From Candidatus Oxydemutatoraceae bacterium (lineage in GTDB: Bacteria > Pseudomonadota > Gammaproteobacteria > Poriferisulfidales > Oxydemutatoraceae), in NCBI GenBank assembly GCA_965219575.1, contig OZ244779.1:364769-428768 (forward strand): 64,000 nt of DNA, read 5' to 3'. Position 1 is the stretch's first letter; the number at the start of each line of letters is the position of its first letter. Below are positions 53,254 to 62,170 of this stretch, one piece after another. Below the pieces are notes generated by a model. That model was not told the DNA's origin. It saw only the letters and a program-made list of their open reading frames with translations, and did no database searches. The position numbers and the translations under genes are program-made.

Positions 53254-54600
53254 TCAACTCGGGTTTGAACCGGAACCGTTGCCCAAGTGCATAAACTTGA
53301 GTTTGTCTTCGGAGTGTAGACCTCTGTAAGCAGGCAACACAGACCATATATCATAAATAGCGGCAGGGGTTGCCATAGACATCGTCAAAGCATCCAGATC
53401 TATCCACTCATATTTTTTATTGTTGTTTGCTACTATTACAACCGATGCACGGTCAAACGCCTGCTTCAGATCCACCGGGGTTATCCCTAGATTGGAAATC
53501 GCCCGACTACCGACGGCAAAATCGTGTCCACAAATCGTCGCTTCGGGATATCGCTGCCTCAAACATGCAACAATATCCAAACTCGACGAGGCACGAGTAT
53601 CATCGGTTTCGGGTCGTCCTTTGAATGCCATACCCAAAATACTTATTTTAGTGTCTTTACCTTTATGCGGAATAATTCCGGTGTGGTCAAGACGATCACA
53701 TACATAGCCGGGAAGAGATTCGTTCAGGGCTCTGCCCTGTTTAATCAACTGTGGCACATAATCATAAGCCTTCAGAGAGGCTTGCAGAATATGTGGGTCT
53801 TTATAGAGACAAGGCCCGCCTACAAAACCGGGATCCGAAATCTGTGTCCTCGCATAACCTATGTTTGCAGCCTTAATAATTTCCCTACTGTCTAACCCCG
53901 CTGCCTCACATAATAATGCAACTTCATTCCCTATCGCAAAATTTAAATCTCTATAACTGTTATCCAACAATTTAATAATCTCGGCACTCTCAAGAGAGGA
54001 AACCATAATAACCGTCGGCGTTATTCTTCTAAAGACCGCCTCTGCTTGCAATGCCGACGCTTCCGTCAAGCCACCGATAATTTGCGGTAAAACAGCTAGT
54101 TCGGCCATTGCATTGCCCTCGATGGTACGCTCGGGGCAATAGGCGAGGCCGAATTGTTTACCACTTTGCTCCAGAGTCTTTTTAACGATTTTACGGGTGG
54201 TGCCTAGTTGCACGGTCGAGCGCAATATGACCAGTGCATCGTCGCTCATATGATTTGCAATCTCTTTTGATACCGACTCTATCATATCCATACGAGGATA
54301 ACCTTCATCGCTAAGCGGCGTACCCACCGTGATGATATAAACCAAAGGTTTTTGTCTATCGTTATCGAGTTCGGATACTTTGGATAAAAAATGCAGTCTG
54401 CCTGCATTCAAGCCACCTTTGATGCGAGGTTCAAAACCTTTTTCTAAAAAGTGTGGTTTGCCTTGCATAAGCATTTTTAATATATCCGAATTTTTCTCTA
54501 CCCCCCAAACATCAAAGCCCCGATCGGACATAATCGCAGCTAAGGTTAGACCGACATAGCCCATACCCACAATACATATTTTTCTATGTTCTATTACCAT
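53254..54600 (-). CDS. UDP-glucose/GDP-mannose dehydrogenase-family protein
   Basis: GMGYVG, VGTP, RSTV, CPER, GGPCL.KD, AFKG..DD.R. Confidence 0.93.
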   Translation of the reverse strand: MVIEHRKICIVGMGYVGLTLAAIMSDRGFDVWGVEKNSDILKMLMQGKPHFLEKGFEPRIKGGLNAGRLHFLSKVSELDNDRQKPLVYIITVGTPLSDEGYPRMDMIESVSKEIANHMSDDALVILRSTVQLGTTRKIVKKTLEQSGKQFGLAYCPERTIEGNAMAELAVLPQIIGGLTEASALQAEAVFRRITPTVIMVSSLESAEIIKLLDNSYRDLNFAIGNEVALLCEAAGLDSREIIKAANIGYARTQISDPGFVGGPCLYKDPHILQASLKAYDYVPQLIKQGRALNESLPGYVCDRLDHTGIIPHKGKDTKISILGMAFKGRPETDDTRASSSLDIVACLRQRYPEATICGHDFAVGSRAISNLGITPVDLKQAFDRASVVIVANNNKKYEWIDLDALTMSMATPAAIYDIWSVLPAYRGLHSEDKLKFMHLGNGSGSNPS

Positions 54601-54865
54601 AGTTTTATCCTTAAAGTATCAATAAAAAATTTCGGCTTTTCAGGAAAATCAATCGCATATATTGTATAGATAATTTCGATTTTCCGGCATCATCATACTA
54701 ATAGATATAGAACACGGAACTCTCTCCTGTTCATAATAGGGAGCATTATATGCTTTCTGCCTGTCTACTTCAATTTATAGTGTCATTTGTTCGTACAATG
54801 TCGCTAGAAATATGGTAAACTATGAGTTTCGTAACCCCCTCATAAATTTACAAGGAGATGTAATT

Positions 54866-55417
54866 ATGAACCAAAACTTCAAACTCAAAAAGTCCATCAG
54901 ATTGATAACCGCTATTTTAGCAGGAAGCATGATGATGGCGGGAGCCGTATCTGCTGACGACTGCAAAATGCGCTCGGCACAGAAAATGTCCGGCGACTAT
55001 ATAATGGCAGCTGGCCACATGAAAGGTGAAGATCATCATCACGGTGATGGCATGATGAAAGATGCCGATCATGGCGATGGCATGATGAAAGATGCCGATC
55101 ATGGCGATGGCATGATGAAAGATGCCGATCATGGCGATGGCATGATGAAAGATGCCGGACACGGCGATGGCATGATGAAAGATGCCGGACACGGCGATGG
55201 CATGATGAAAGATGCCGGACACGGCGATGGCATGATGAAAGATGCCGGACACGGCGATGGCATGATGAAAGATGCCGGACACGGTGACGGCATGATGAAA
55301 GATGCCGGACACGGTGACGGCATGATGAAAGATGCCGGACACGGTGACGGCATGATGAAAGATGCCGGACACGGTGACGGCATGATGAAAGATGCCGGAA
55401 GCATGAAAAAGTATTAA
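54866..55417 (+). CDS. Secreted His/Met-rich repeat protein, paralog of the adjacent HvfA-like peptide
   Basis: AAGGAG RBS and ATG 54866; signal peptide; 12 x HGDGMMKDA(D/G). Confidence 0.85.
   Translation: MNQNFKLKKSIRLITAILAGSMMMAGAVSADDCKMRSAQKMSGDYIMAAGHMKGEDHHHGDGMMKDADHGDGMMKDADHGDGMMKDADHGDGMMKDAGHGDGMMKDAGHGDGMMKDAGHGDGMMKDAGHGDGMMKDAGHGDGMMKDAGHGDGMMKDAGHGDGMMKDAGHGDGMMKDAGSMKKY
55040..55399 (+). repeat. 12 x 30-bp coding tandem repeat
   Basis: CATGATGAAAGATGCCG every 30 bp from 55051 to 55381, in three variant blocks (3+4+4) plus a terminal partial unit. Confidence 0.97.
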
Positions 55418-55440
55418 AAACCTTTAATCTGCTAACAGGT

Positions 55441-55470
55441 ATAGGGGTGGGTCACATACCCACCCCCTAT
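55441..55470 (+). terminator. Hairpin terminator after the His/Met gene
   Basis: ATAGGGGTGGGT-CACAT-ACCCACCCCCTAT. Confidence 0.65.
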
Positions 55471-55569
55471 ATCATGCGCCTGTTGAATGATTGCCACAAT
55501 CAAAACATTTCGACTTAATTGCGATACCCACCCGCAGGGTCGGCCCCTCTACTATTAAGCAAGGGGATA

Positions 55570-55614
55570 CTAGCTCTCCCCTACAACACATATTTCTCTA
55601 GGCTCTGTTGCCAT
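55570..55614 (-). pseudogene. Remnant of the duplicated 5' end of the NDP-sugar dehydrogenase gene
   Basis: MATEPREICVVG..* versus MVIEHRKICIVG at 54600; the upstream ~85 bp is also homologous. Confidence 0.7.
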
Positions 55615-55770
55615 AGTTTTATCTTTCAAATATCAATAGAAAAATTTCGGTTGTTATCAAGAAAATCAACTGATATATTTTATAAATAATTGCGATTTTC
55701 AAATGTCGCTAGAGATATGATAGACTAGGGTTCTAAAAAACCCCTATAATCATATTAAGGAGACGTAATC

Positions 55771-56271
55771 ATGAACAAAAACTTCAAACTCAAAAAATCC
55801 ATCAGATTGGTAACCGCTACTTTGGCGGGAAGTATGACGATGGCGGGAGCTGTGTCTGCCGAAAGCAACATTTTCTCGGTGCAAGAACTACCCGGCGGCT
55901 ACATGCTGGCAGGTTCTCACATGGAGGGTAAATGTGGTGAAGGGCACTGCGGTGAAGGCATGAAAGGTGCCGAAGGGCAATGTGGTGAAGGCAGTTGCGG
56001 TGAAGGCATGAAAGGTGCCGAAGGGCAATGTGGTGAAGGCACTTGCGGTGAAGGCATGAAAGGTGCCGAAGGGCAATGTGGTGAAGGCACTTGCGGTGAA
56101 GGTATGAAAGATGCCGAAGGGCAATGTGGTGAAGGTCAGTGTGGTGGATCCATGAAAGATGCCGAAGGGCAATGTGGTGAAGGTCAGTGTGGTGGATCCA
56201 TGAAAGATGCCGAAGGGCAATGTGGTGAAGGTCAGTGTGGCGGATCTATGAAAAATGCCGAAAGGCGGTAA
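55771..56271 (+). CDS. HvfA-like EGxCG-repeat (oxazolone/thioamide RiPP-type) precursor
   Basis: Signal peptide, F..QEL.GGYMLA linker, 7 x EGxCGEGxCG units (14 Cys). Confidence 0.85.
   Translation: MNKNFKLKKSIRLVTATLAGSMTMAGAVSAESNIFSVQELPGGYMLAGSHMEGKCGEGHCGEGMKGAEGQCGEGSCGEGMKGAEGQCGEGTCGEGMKGAEGQCGEGTCGEGMKDAEGQCGEGQCGGSMKDAEGQCGEGQCGGSMKDAEGQCGEGQCGGSMKNAERR
55924..56250 (+). repeat. ~7 x 48-bp coding tandem repeat
   Basis: ATGAAAG(G/A)TGCCGAAGGGCAATGTGGTGAAGG at a 48-bp period. Confidence 0.92.
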
Positions 56272-56305
56272 ATAGAGACTTTTAGCATACTTGCTTAGTC
56301 CGCAT

Positions 56306-56338
56306 AGGGGTGGATATTCGGTCCACCCCTGATTTTTT
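56306..56338 (+). terminator. Rho-independent terminator
   Basis: AGGGGTGGA-loop-TCCACCCCT followed by a T-run; resembles the 55441 hairpin. Confidence 0.75.
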
Positions 56339-56366
56339 GCGAAACACTCTATAAGAAATAGGCTGA

Positions 56367-57023
56367 TTATTGGTAGCGTAGTTCTACCCGCCTGTTCATG
56401 GCATTCGCATAGGCACTATCTCCCTCTACAGCCAGTTCGCTTTTACCACGACTCTCTGTGCTGATACTGGAAGGAGAGACTCCCATTTGAACCAATATCT
56501 CGGCGACGGCTTGTGCTCTTCTTAAGGCAAGTTCCTGGTTATAACGACTGGACGCTATCGCATCGGAATGTCCCACTAAAATAACGGAAGCACCACTGTT
56601 GATTAGATATTGAGAATGTAACTGCAACAAATTAAGGCTCGTTGCCGGAACGATAATACTTTTATAATCAAAATAGACAATAGCGCGTGGTAGAGCAGAC
56701 CCGGGCGAAGGTCTTCTGACCGGCTCATCCCCATATTCCTCACCGAACTCATCTTCAAATTCCTCTGCGAACTCCTCGTCGAACTCGTCTTCAAATTCCT
56801 CTGCGAACTCTTCATCGAATTCGTCGGCGAATTCTTCGTCAAATGCTTCGTCAAACTCTTCATCGAATTCGTCGGCGAATTCTTCATCCATTTCCTCTTC
56901 CATGGAAATTTCAACGACTTCCTCGTCGTCTTCAAAAAACCAATCCCATGTATTAGACATGGTAGAACAGCCGGACAAAGCGAATACTGCCGATAGACCG
57001 ATTAAAAATAGCTTCAATTTCAT
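56367..57023 (-). CDS. OmpA/Pal-like peptidoglycan-binding lipoprotein with a long acidic (D/E)EEF linker
   Basis: Lipobox LSGC; VYFD, GHSD, YNQELALRRA, NRRVE; start ATG 57023. Confidence 0.88.
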   Translation of the reverse strand: MKLKLFLIGLSAVFALSGCSTMSNTWDWFFEDDEEVVEISMEEEMDEEFADEFDEEFDEAFDEEFADEFDEEFAEEFEDEFDEEFAEEFEDEFGEEYGDEPVRRPSPGSALPRAIVYFDYKSIIVPATSLNLLQLHSQYLINSGASVILVGHSDAIASSRYNQELALRRAQAVAEILVQMGVSPSSISTESRGKSELAVEGDSAYANAMNRRVELRYQ

Positions 57024-57127
57024 TTTATTTCCTTCCCGATAAGTCTGTTTCCCTGCTGGATCGGTCAACCGACCGATTCAAATTATAGGCGATAGTATAA
57101 CATCTATTTTTGTATTCTATAAAAGGC

Positions 57128-57267
57128 GGGAATTATATAGTTAACTTGACAAAGGAATGTTAAATTAAATCAAGCGACAGTGGCAACACAAGTCGGTCAA
57201 TGAAGCGTCAAAAAGATAGGGTGGGCAAGGCAGGTTCAAAGTCTGTCAAGTTACCCATATAATTCCC
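57128..57267. mobile_element. MITE family 2, 140 bp, with target-site duplication
   Basis: GGGAATTATATAGTTAACTTGACA ... TGTCAAGTTACCCATATAATTCCC; flanks TAAAAGGC / CAAAAGGC. Confidence 0.8.
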
Positions 57268-57320
57268 CAAAAGGCAAATGATGTTTCCCCTGTGCTATAA
57301 TCCGTGCAAAAGTAAGCCCG

Positions 57321-57980
57321 ATGAGACTGGAAATCCCTGATAATAACCGCATTTTTGTAGTGTCTGCGCCATCGGGTAGCGGTAAAACCAGTCTAATCAA
57401 AAAGGCACTGGCAGAGTTAAAAAGTCTAAAATTATCTATATCACACACAACTCGCCCTCCTAGACCCGATGAAATAGAGGGGCAAGATTATTATTTTGTC
57501 GATAAAAATACCTTTAGAGCGATGATTGCACGGAGCGATTTTATTGAATATGCGCTGGTCTACAATGAATACTATGGTACATCAAAATCCTACATAGAAA
57601 ACACATTAGACCGAGGATACACTATCGTAATGGAAATAGATTGGCAGGGTGCGAGACAAATAAGAACTTATTATGACAATATTTTTTCTATATTCATTTT
57701 GCCTCCTTCGTTGCCGACTCTGCGCACACGTCTGGAGAAACGCGCACAAGATACGATAGCAGTGATCGATGCACGCATGGAACGAGCGATTTCCGAAGCA
57801 GCACATTTCAACGAATACAACTATACTATTGTCAACGATGACTTTGTGCGTGCCGGTGCCGAGTTTATCGCTGTTTTAGCCGGGTGCATAAACCAAACCG
57901 AGATTACGGCATCAAGAAAGTTGCTCCGCAAAACGATTTCGGCATTAAATTTGAACGACGAAGGAACGAACGATGAGTAG
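57321..57980 (+). CDS. gmk: Guanylate kinase
   Basis: SAPSGSGKT, SHTTR.PR, YYGT, EIDWQGA. Confidence 0.96.
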   Translation: MRLEIPDNNRIFVVSAPSGSGKTSLIKKALAELKSLKLSISHTTRPPRPDEIEGQDYYFVDKNTFRAMIARSDFIEYALVYNEYYGTSKSYIENTLDRGYTIVMEIDWQGARQIRTYYDNIFSIFILPPSLPTLRTRLEKRAQDTIAVIDARMERAISEAAHFNEYNYTIVNDDFVRAGAEFIAVLAGCINQTEITASRKLLRKTISALNLNDEGTNDE

Positions 57981-58311
57981 AGACGACAACATTATAAAAA
58001 TCACCGATATTGCGGCGCAACAAATACGGAAAGCTATAAAACCGGACGAGGCGAAAACGGTAAGTCTAAGATTGGCGGTGATGCGCAATGCGGACGGCAG
58101 TTTTCACTACGCAATGGGTATAGACGATCAAAACTACGAAGACGATCTTAAGTTGCAAAGTAATAATATCAATATCGTCGTCAATAGTGCCATGCTCGGC
58201 ATGATCAAGAATATGACCTTAGATTATGTGGAATTGGAAAAAGGACAATACAACTTTATCTTTCTAAACCCCAACGACCCGTCCTACGTGCCGCCGACCG
58301 ATATGGATTAG
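57973..58311 (+). CDS. dsrR: DsrR-like Cys-less IscA/HesB-family protein
   Basis: IscA-like size with no Cys; LRLA..N.DGS..Y.MG.DD and TLDYVELE.GQ.NFIFLNP.DP.Y.PP. Confidence 0.72.
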   Translation: MSRDDNIIKITDIAAQQIRKAIKPDEAKTVSLRLAVMRNADGSFHYAMGIDDQNYEDDLKLQSNNINIVVNSAMLGMIKNMTLDYVELEKGQYNFIFLNPNDPSYVPPTDMD

Positions 58312-58376
58312 CTTGCCGCATTTCGGGCCGACCATTCCTTGTCATGGGAGGCGGCTTTCGTAAATAGGTGAATAAC

Positions 58377-58715
58377 CTAGAAGTAGTGCTTTCTATGTTT
58401 ACGCCGAGTGCCCGCTCGTTGTGTAACGACACCTTTGATGTTCGGCTTATCGGTTATATCCAATGTAGGATAACCGGGGTTTAATGCTTTAATAAGATAT
58501 TTTCCTTCCTCTATGCAAAGCTGCCTAAAAATAAATTCCCCCTTCACTTCGGCAATAACATAATTGCCATCCTGCGCGTTATCGGCGGGGTCTATGATAA
58601 TAATAGAACCATCCGGAAACTCGGGGGACATACTGTCTCCCAAGACGCGCAAAGCAAACGGCTCGCTTACTTCGCATCCGCTACCCTCTAGTGGAATTTT
58701 AGGTACATCGCTCAT
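58377..58715 (-). CDS. S24 peptidase-like protein (UmuD/LexA C-terminal type)
   Basis: FALRVLGDSMSPEF.DG, ALNP.YP. Confidence 0.8.
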   Translation of the reverse strand: MSDVPKIPLEGSGCEVSEPFALRVLGDSMSPEFPDGSIIIIDPADNAQDGNYVIAEVKGEFIFRQLCIEEGKYLIKALNPGYPTLDITDKPNIKGVVTQRAGTRRKHRKHYF

Positions 58716-58784
58716 CTATGTGTTCCTCTCCTTAGTTATCCGTTCGTTATCCCGACTGCGATTGAAATTTCGTGTGCTTACTTT

Positions 58785-59402
58785 CTAGGCAAACACGATC
58801 CAAGTCGTAGCAATGTATTTTACACCCTTCTGCAAAATCACACCTCTATGTTCGTGGGTCCAAAAAGGAGGAAATAAAAGTAATTTGCCTTGCTCGGGTT
58901 TGATGCGAACTTGTTGAATCAGAAACTCGGTCTCGCCGCCGGGTCCCGGCACATCGTTCAAGTACCAAATAGCAACCAGTTGACGATTGCTGAAATCATG
59001 GCTGCCGCCGTCTATATGCCAATGGTAGTATTCGTCGTTGCGGGTGCGCTGCATACCGTAACCCATATCCTTGAAGCGACCGGAAAAATAAGGGAATGTA
59101 GCCCTAAATTCTCTCATTGCGCAAGCCAAGGATTGAAACAATGCTCGATCTATATCTTTCCATTGTTGTTTGCCGCTAATCAACAAGTCGGTTGACCGTT
59201 TGACGGCTGAATTTTGCACCGCAACTTGACCGACGCATCCGACGAATTGCTCGTCGGTGCTTTCTTCAAAACGATGAATCATCTGCTCGCATAACGATCC
59301 CGAAAGCGCGTTATGCTTCTCAAAAATAAAGGAATTGGGTTTGACCTCGGATAGGGTTTTGAGCGGTATTATAGTTTTTTGACTACACATCGTATGAGGC
59401 AC
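58785..59402 (-). CDS. 2OG-Fe(II) oxygenase
   Basis: YHWHID, WYLNDV..GGETEF, FPP.WTH.HRG, KYI.T.W. Confidence 0.88.
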   Translation of the reverse strand: MPHTMCSQKTIIPLKTLSEVKPNSFIFEKHNALSGSLCEQMIHRFEESTDEQFVGCVGQVAVQNSAVKRSTDLLISGKQQWKDIDRALFQSLACAMREFRATFPYFSGRFKDMGYGMQRTRNDEYYHWHIDGGSHDFSNRQLVAIWYLNDVPGPGGETEFLIQQVRIKPEQGKLLLFPPFWTHEHRGVILQKGVKYIATTWIVFA

Positions 59403-60448
59403 TAGAAAGCGTATCGGGTTATTAAATCTTCGGTGTTTTGCTTGTTTCTATTATTTCCCTCTGCGGATAATTCTAATAGATCGCACACTTTCTCCTGCCA
59501 ATGCTTCTTCGCCGGTAACAATGATGACTCTAATAATGAAAAGTCATTGCTTTGTGTCCAGTTTCGATAGGCATCTATCAACACCGGGCATAACGCTTTG
59601 CGCATAACACTCATGTTCGCTATATAAAAATGTATAGAGGCCGACTTTTGTTGCGAGACTAATGCGGGTAACAGCGCAATGCTGTCGGCTAAATTGTCCT
59701 TCATTGCGCGGATTAGCGGTTCCATTCTCGAGGCACTGCATCGGTGCAATATCCGATGCCAGCCGTCGGGAAGATAACGGTGTGCTTCTAGTTCCCCTAT
59801 CTCGTGCAAAAGAACCGTTTCTGTTTCAACCTCGGTCATCCGCTCGAGGGCATCTTCCAGATTATTGTCAAAATCGTAATACGAGAGTGCCGCCGCCATC
59901 GCATTTTGGGGACGATTCCAGTACCATTCGTTGAGCTTCTCCCAAATCATTCTTTTAAGTGACTCTTTTCTGATGAAAATTGTCTTTGCCAAAGACATGC
60001 CGGGTGGCGCAGTTAGATCCCGGGCGTATTCCTTCGAGGATATCAGCACTCGATAATCTTTATAAAAACTTTGAGATTCATACTCGGCAATAAAAAAGTG
60101 CGGTATTGATTTTGCCCCTATACCACCCGAATAGATATAGCCTTGAGAGAGTAAATGCTCGTTAATCGCCTCGGTATCGAAGGGGTTGAATGTTCGATCG
60201 TTGATACACAAAGGTTGAAAATCTTCATGTTTGATAGACTCCCATTCGGTCTCCCGGCTACATAGCCACGCACCTAACTCCGATTGATCCAGAGATGTAT
60301 CGAAACCGTAGCCTTTCTCCCAACGAAAGTACTCTCGCATTTTCAAAAGATAAACACACATCGTGTAAGTGCCGGCATAACACGCATCGGAGATGTCGCA
60401 GTTATGCTGCACGACATCGCGCAGATTTTTAATAGAGTGATCCATCAT
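59402..60448 (-). CDS. Conserved hypothetical protein (Sfum_1244-like)
   Basis: VQHNCDISDA, C.YLLKMREYFRWE, LHEIGE. Confidence 0.7.
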   Translation of the reverse strand: MMDHSIKNLRDVVQHNCDISDACYAGTYTMCVYLLKMREYFRWEKGYGFDTSLDQSELGAWLCSRETEWESIKHEDFQPLCINDRTFNPFDTEAINEHLLSQGYIYSGGIGAKSIPHFFIAEYESQSFYKDYRVLISSKEYARDLTAPPGMSLAKTIFIRKESLKRMIWEKLNEWYWNRPQNAMAAALSYYDFDNNLEDALERMTEVETETVLLHEIGELEAHRYLPDGWHRILHRCSASRMEPLIRAMKDNLADSIALLPALVSQQKSASIHFYIANMSVMRKALCPVLIDAYRNWTQSNDFSLLESSLLPAKKHWQEKVCDLLELSAEGNNRNKQNTEDLITRYAF

Positions 60449-60549
60449 CCCGTAAAGAATTGATAAAAAGTTTATATAATATCTCTGTGTTCATCAAACA
60501 TGGTGATCTAAAGGTCGGAAAAAACTTATAATACTTTATTTTTGAAAGA

Positions 60550-61110
60550 ATGGTTGTTAGATTAAAAACTAATTGGAACTTGGACAGAGGTGTTAGAACG
60601 CACCGCGAGACCGCAAGTGTTATCAGCACCAATATATGGCGCATTATCACCGAGTCATTGTTGAACATGGAAAACGAGGGGTTTGCTACCGAAAGTAACT
60701 CGCAACGACTGGATATACTCTGCGAATTTGCAGCGTATGCCATTCATTTATTGGATAGATATATGTATAATTCGTCACAAGTAGCCGAAAGACAAAAAAT
60801 GGTATCTCAAACCGCACAACATTTAGCAGGAATTATTCAAGATAATCGTCTAGATGCAAAAGCTACAATAAACGGAAAGATGCCTTTCATGACATTGTTG
60901 AACGATCGGACGGATAATTATTCCGAATGTAAATACGACCGAGAACCCGGCTTTGACATGCGGCGTGTATTAGGAGACTATGTGAGCGAAATAATGCGCA
61001 GTGCGCATCGCAGGTGGACTGCTACCTATATATTGGATATAGCGGCTTATAACATACACTCTAATCTGCTAAAGGTTTTGAACAATTTTCTCTCCGATCC
61101 AAGGTCATAA
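60550..61110 (+). CDS. Hypothetical protein of sulfur oxidisers (possibly related to the DsrS C-terminal region)
   Basis: R.K..W, IWRI, EF.AY.IH..DR pattern; family link is recalled, not verified. Confidence 0.5.
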   Translation: MVVRLKTNWNLDRGVRTHRETASVISTNIWRIITESLLNMENEGFATESNSQRLDILCEFAAYAIHLLDRYMYNSSQVAERQKMVSQTAQHLAGIIQDNRLDAKATINGKMPFMTLLNDRTDNYSECKYDREPGFDMRRVLGDYVSEIMRSAHRRWTATYILDIAAYNIHSNLLKVLNNFLSDPRS

Positions 61111-61118
61111 ATTCTAAG

Positions 61119-61862
61119 ATGAGTACGAATATAAACAAACTGGTGTTTACGGCTAAATCGGTTCTAAAGTCGCGAAACCCTACGCAATCGATGAAAATTG
61201 CTACCTACTCGGATCAATATCGACTGATATACTATTCGGTCCCTAAGGTGGCTTGCACGACGATTAAAACATGTATGGCAAAATTGGACAATGTAGAAAC
61301 CAAAGACTTAGGCGTACACCAAAAAAACACGGCAATAAAACGCCTCACTATAAAGGCATCGAATGCAGCTTGTTATGCCGATTATTACCGCTTCTCTTTT
61401 GTCAGAAACCCATGGGATCGGCTATTCTCTTGTTATAAAAATAAAGTTTACGACCCCCCGAGATTTTTCCCGAAAAGTAATCCGTACTATAACGAGAAGG
61501 GAGAGTTCAAGGATTTCATAAGACGATACGGTAACTTAAAATTCAAGGATATGCAATTTGAGGATTTTGTCGATTTTGTAATAGGAATACCGGATTATCG
61601 GTGCGATCCGCACTTTCTACCTCAGCATTATTTTTTTGAATTGAAAAAACTCGACTTTATAGGAAGATTTGAGAATTTTCAATCGGACATGCGCATCGTT
61701 CTTAAAAGAATAGCCCCGGATTTTGATGCCTCGGAAATTATCTCCGAAAAAAAACAGCGTAGTAGTCCCGGCAATTATAAAGACGCTTACGACGACCAAA
61801 CGCGCAAACTTGTAGCCCAAAAATACGAACAGGACATCGAGCTATTCGGCTATACTTTCTAA
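61119..61862 (+). CDS. Sulfotransferase family 2 protein
   Basis: VPKVACTT (5'-PSB), FVRNPWDRLFSCY (3'-PB), HF.PQ, D.ELFGY. Confidence 0.9.
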   Translation: MSTNINKLVFTAKSVLKSRNPTQSMKIATYSDQYRLIYYSVPKVACTTIKTCMAKLDNVETKDLGVHQKNTAIKRLTIKASNAACYADYYRFSFVRNPWDRLFSCYKNKVYDPPRFFPKSNPYYNEKGEFKDFIRRYGNLKFKDMQFEDFVDFVIGIPDYRCDPHFLPQHYFFELKKLDFIGRFENFQSDMRIVLKRIAPDFDASEIISEKKQRSSPGNYKDAYDDQTRKLVAQKYEQDIELFGYTF

Positions 61863-61897
61863 ATAAAACCGCCGAGTGAACATTGTGCAGAGCCGCG

Positions 61898-62148
61898 GCG
61901 ACTGTTGAAAAAGTATCCACGAACCGTAGGGGCGGACTTCAATTGAATTGCCGATTGACCTACTGGCTCAATCGGCGGCTCTATTCTGCCCGTAGCGCGT
62001 TGGTCGGCACGATTTATACATTCATCCACCCGATTTATGGAAACCAAAACCATACGGCGCAAGCGGTTCCAGCCGTGCAGAACGGTGCTTTAGGGCAGAC
62101 ATGCAAGTCCGCCTCTACCACTCTATGAAATACTTTTTCAACAGCCCC
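61898..62148. mobile_element. Family-1 element, TIR-bounded
   Basis: GACTGTTGAAAAAGTA...TACTTTTTCAACAGCCCC with REPs, palindrome and core. Confidence 0.85.
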
Positions 62149-62170
62149 AAGTCTATCCGAAGACTGAAGC

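Noticed and set aside
55040-56250. 30-bp and 48-bp arrays as CRISPR arrays
   Set aside because: The units are contiguous with no unique spacers, are in frame inside ORFs with signal peptides, and no cas genes are present.
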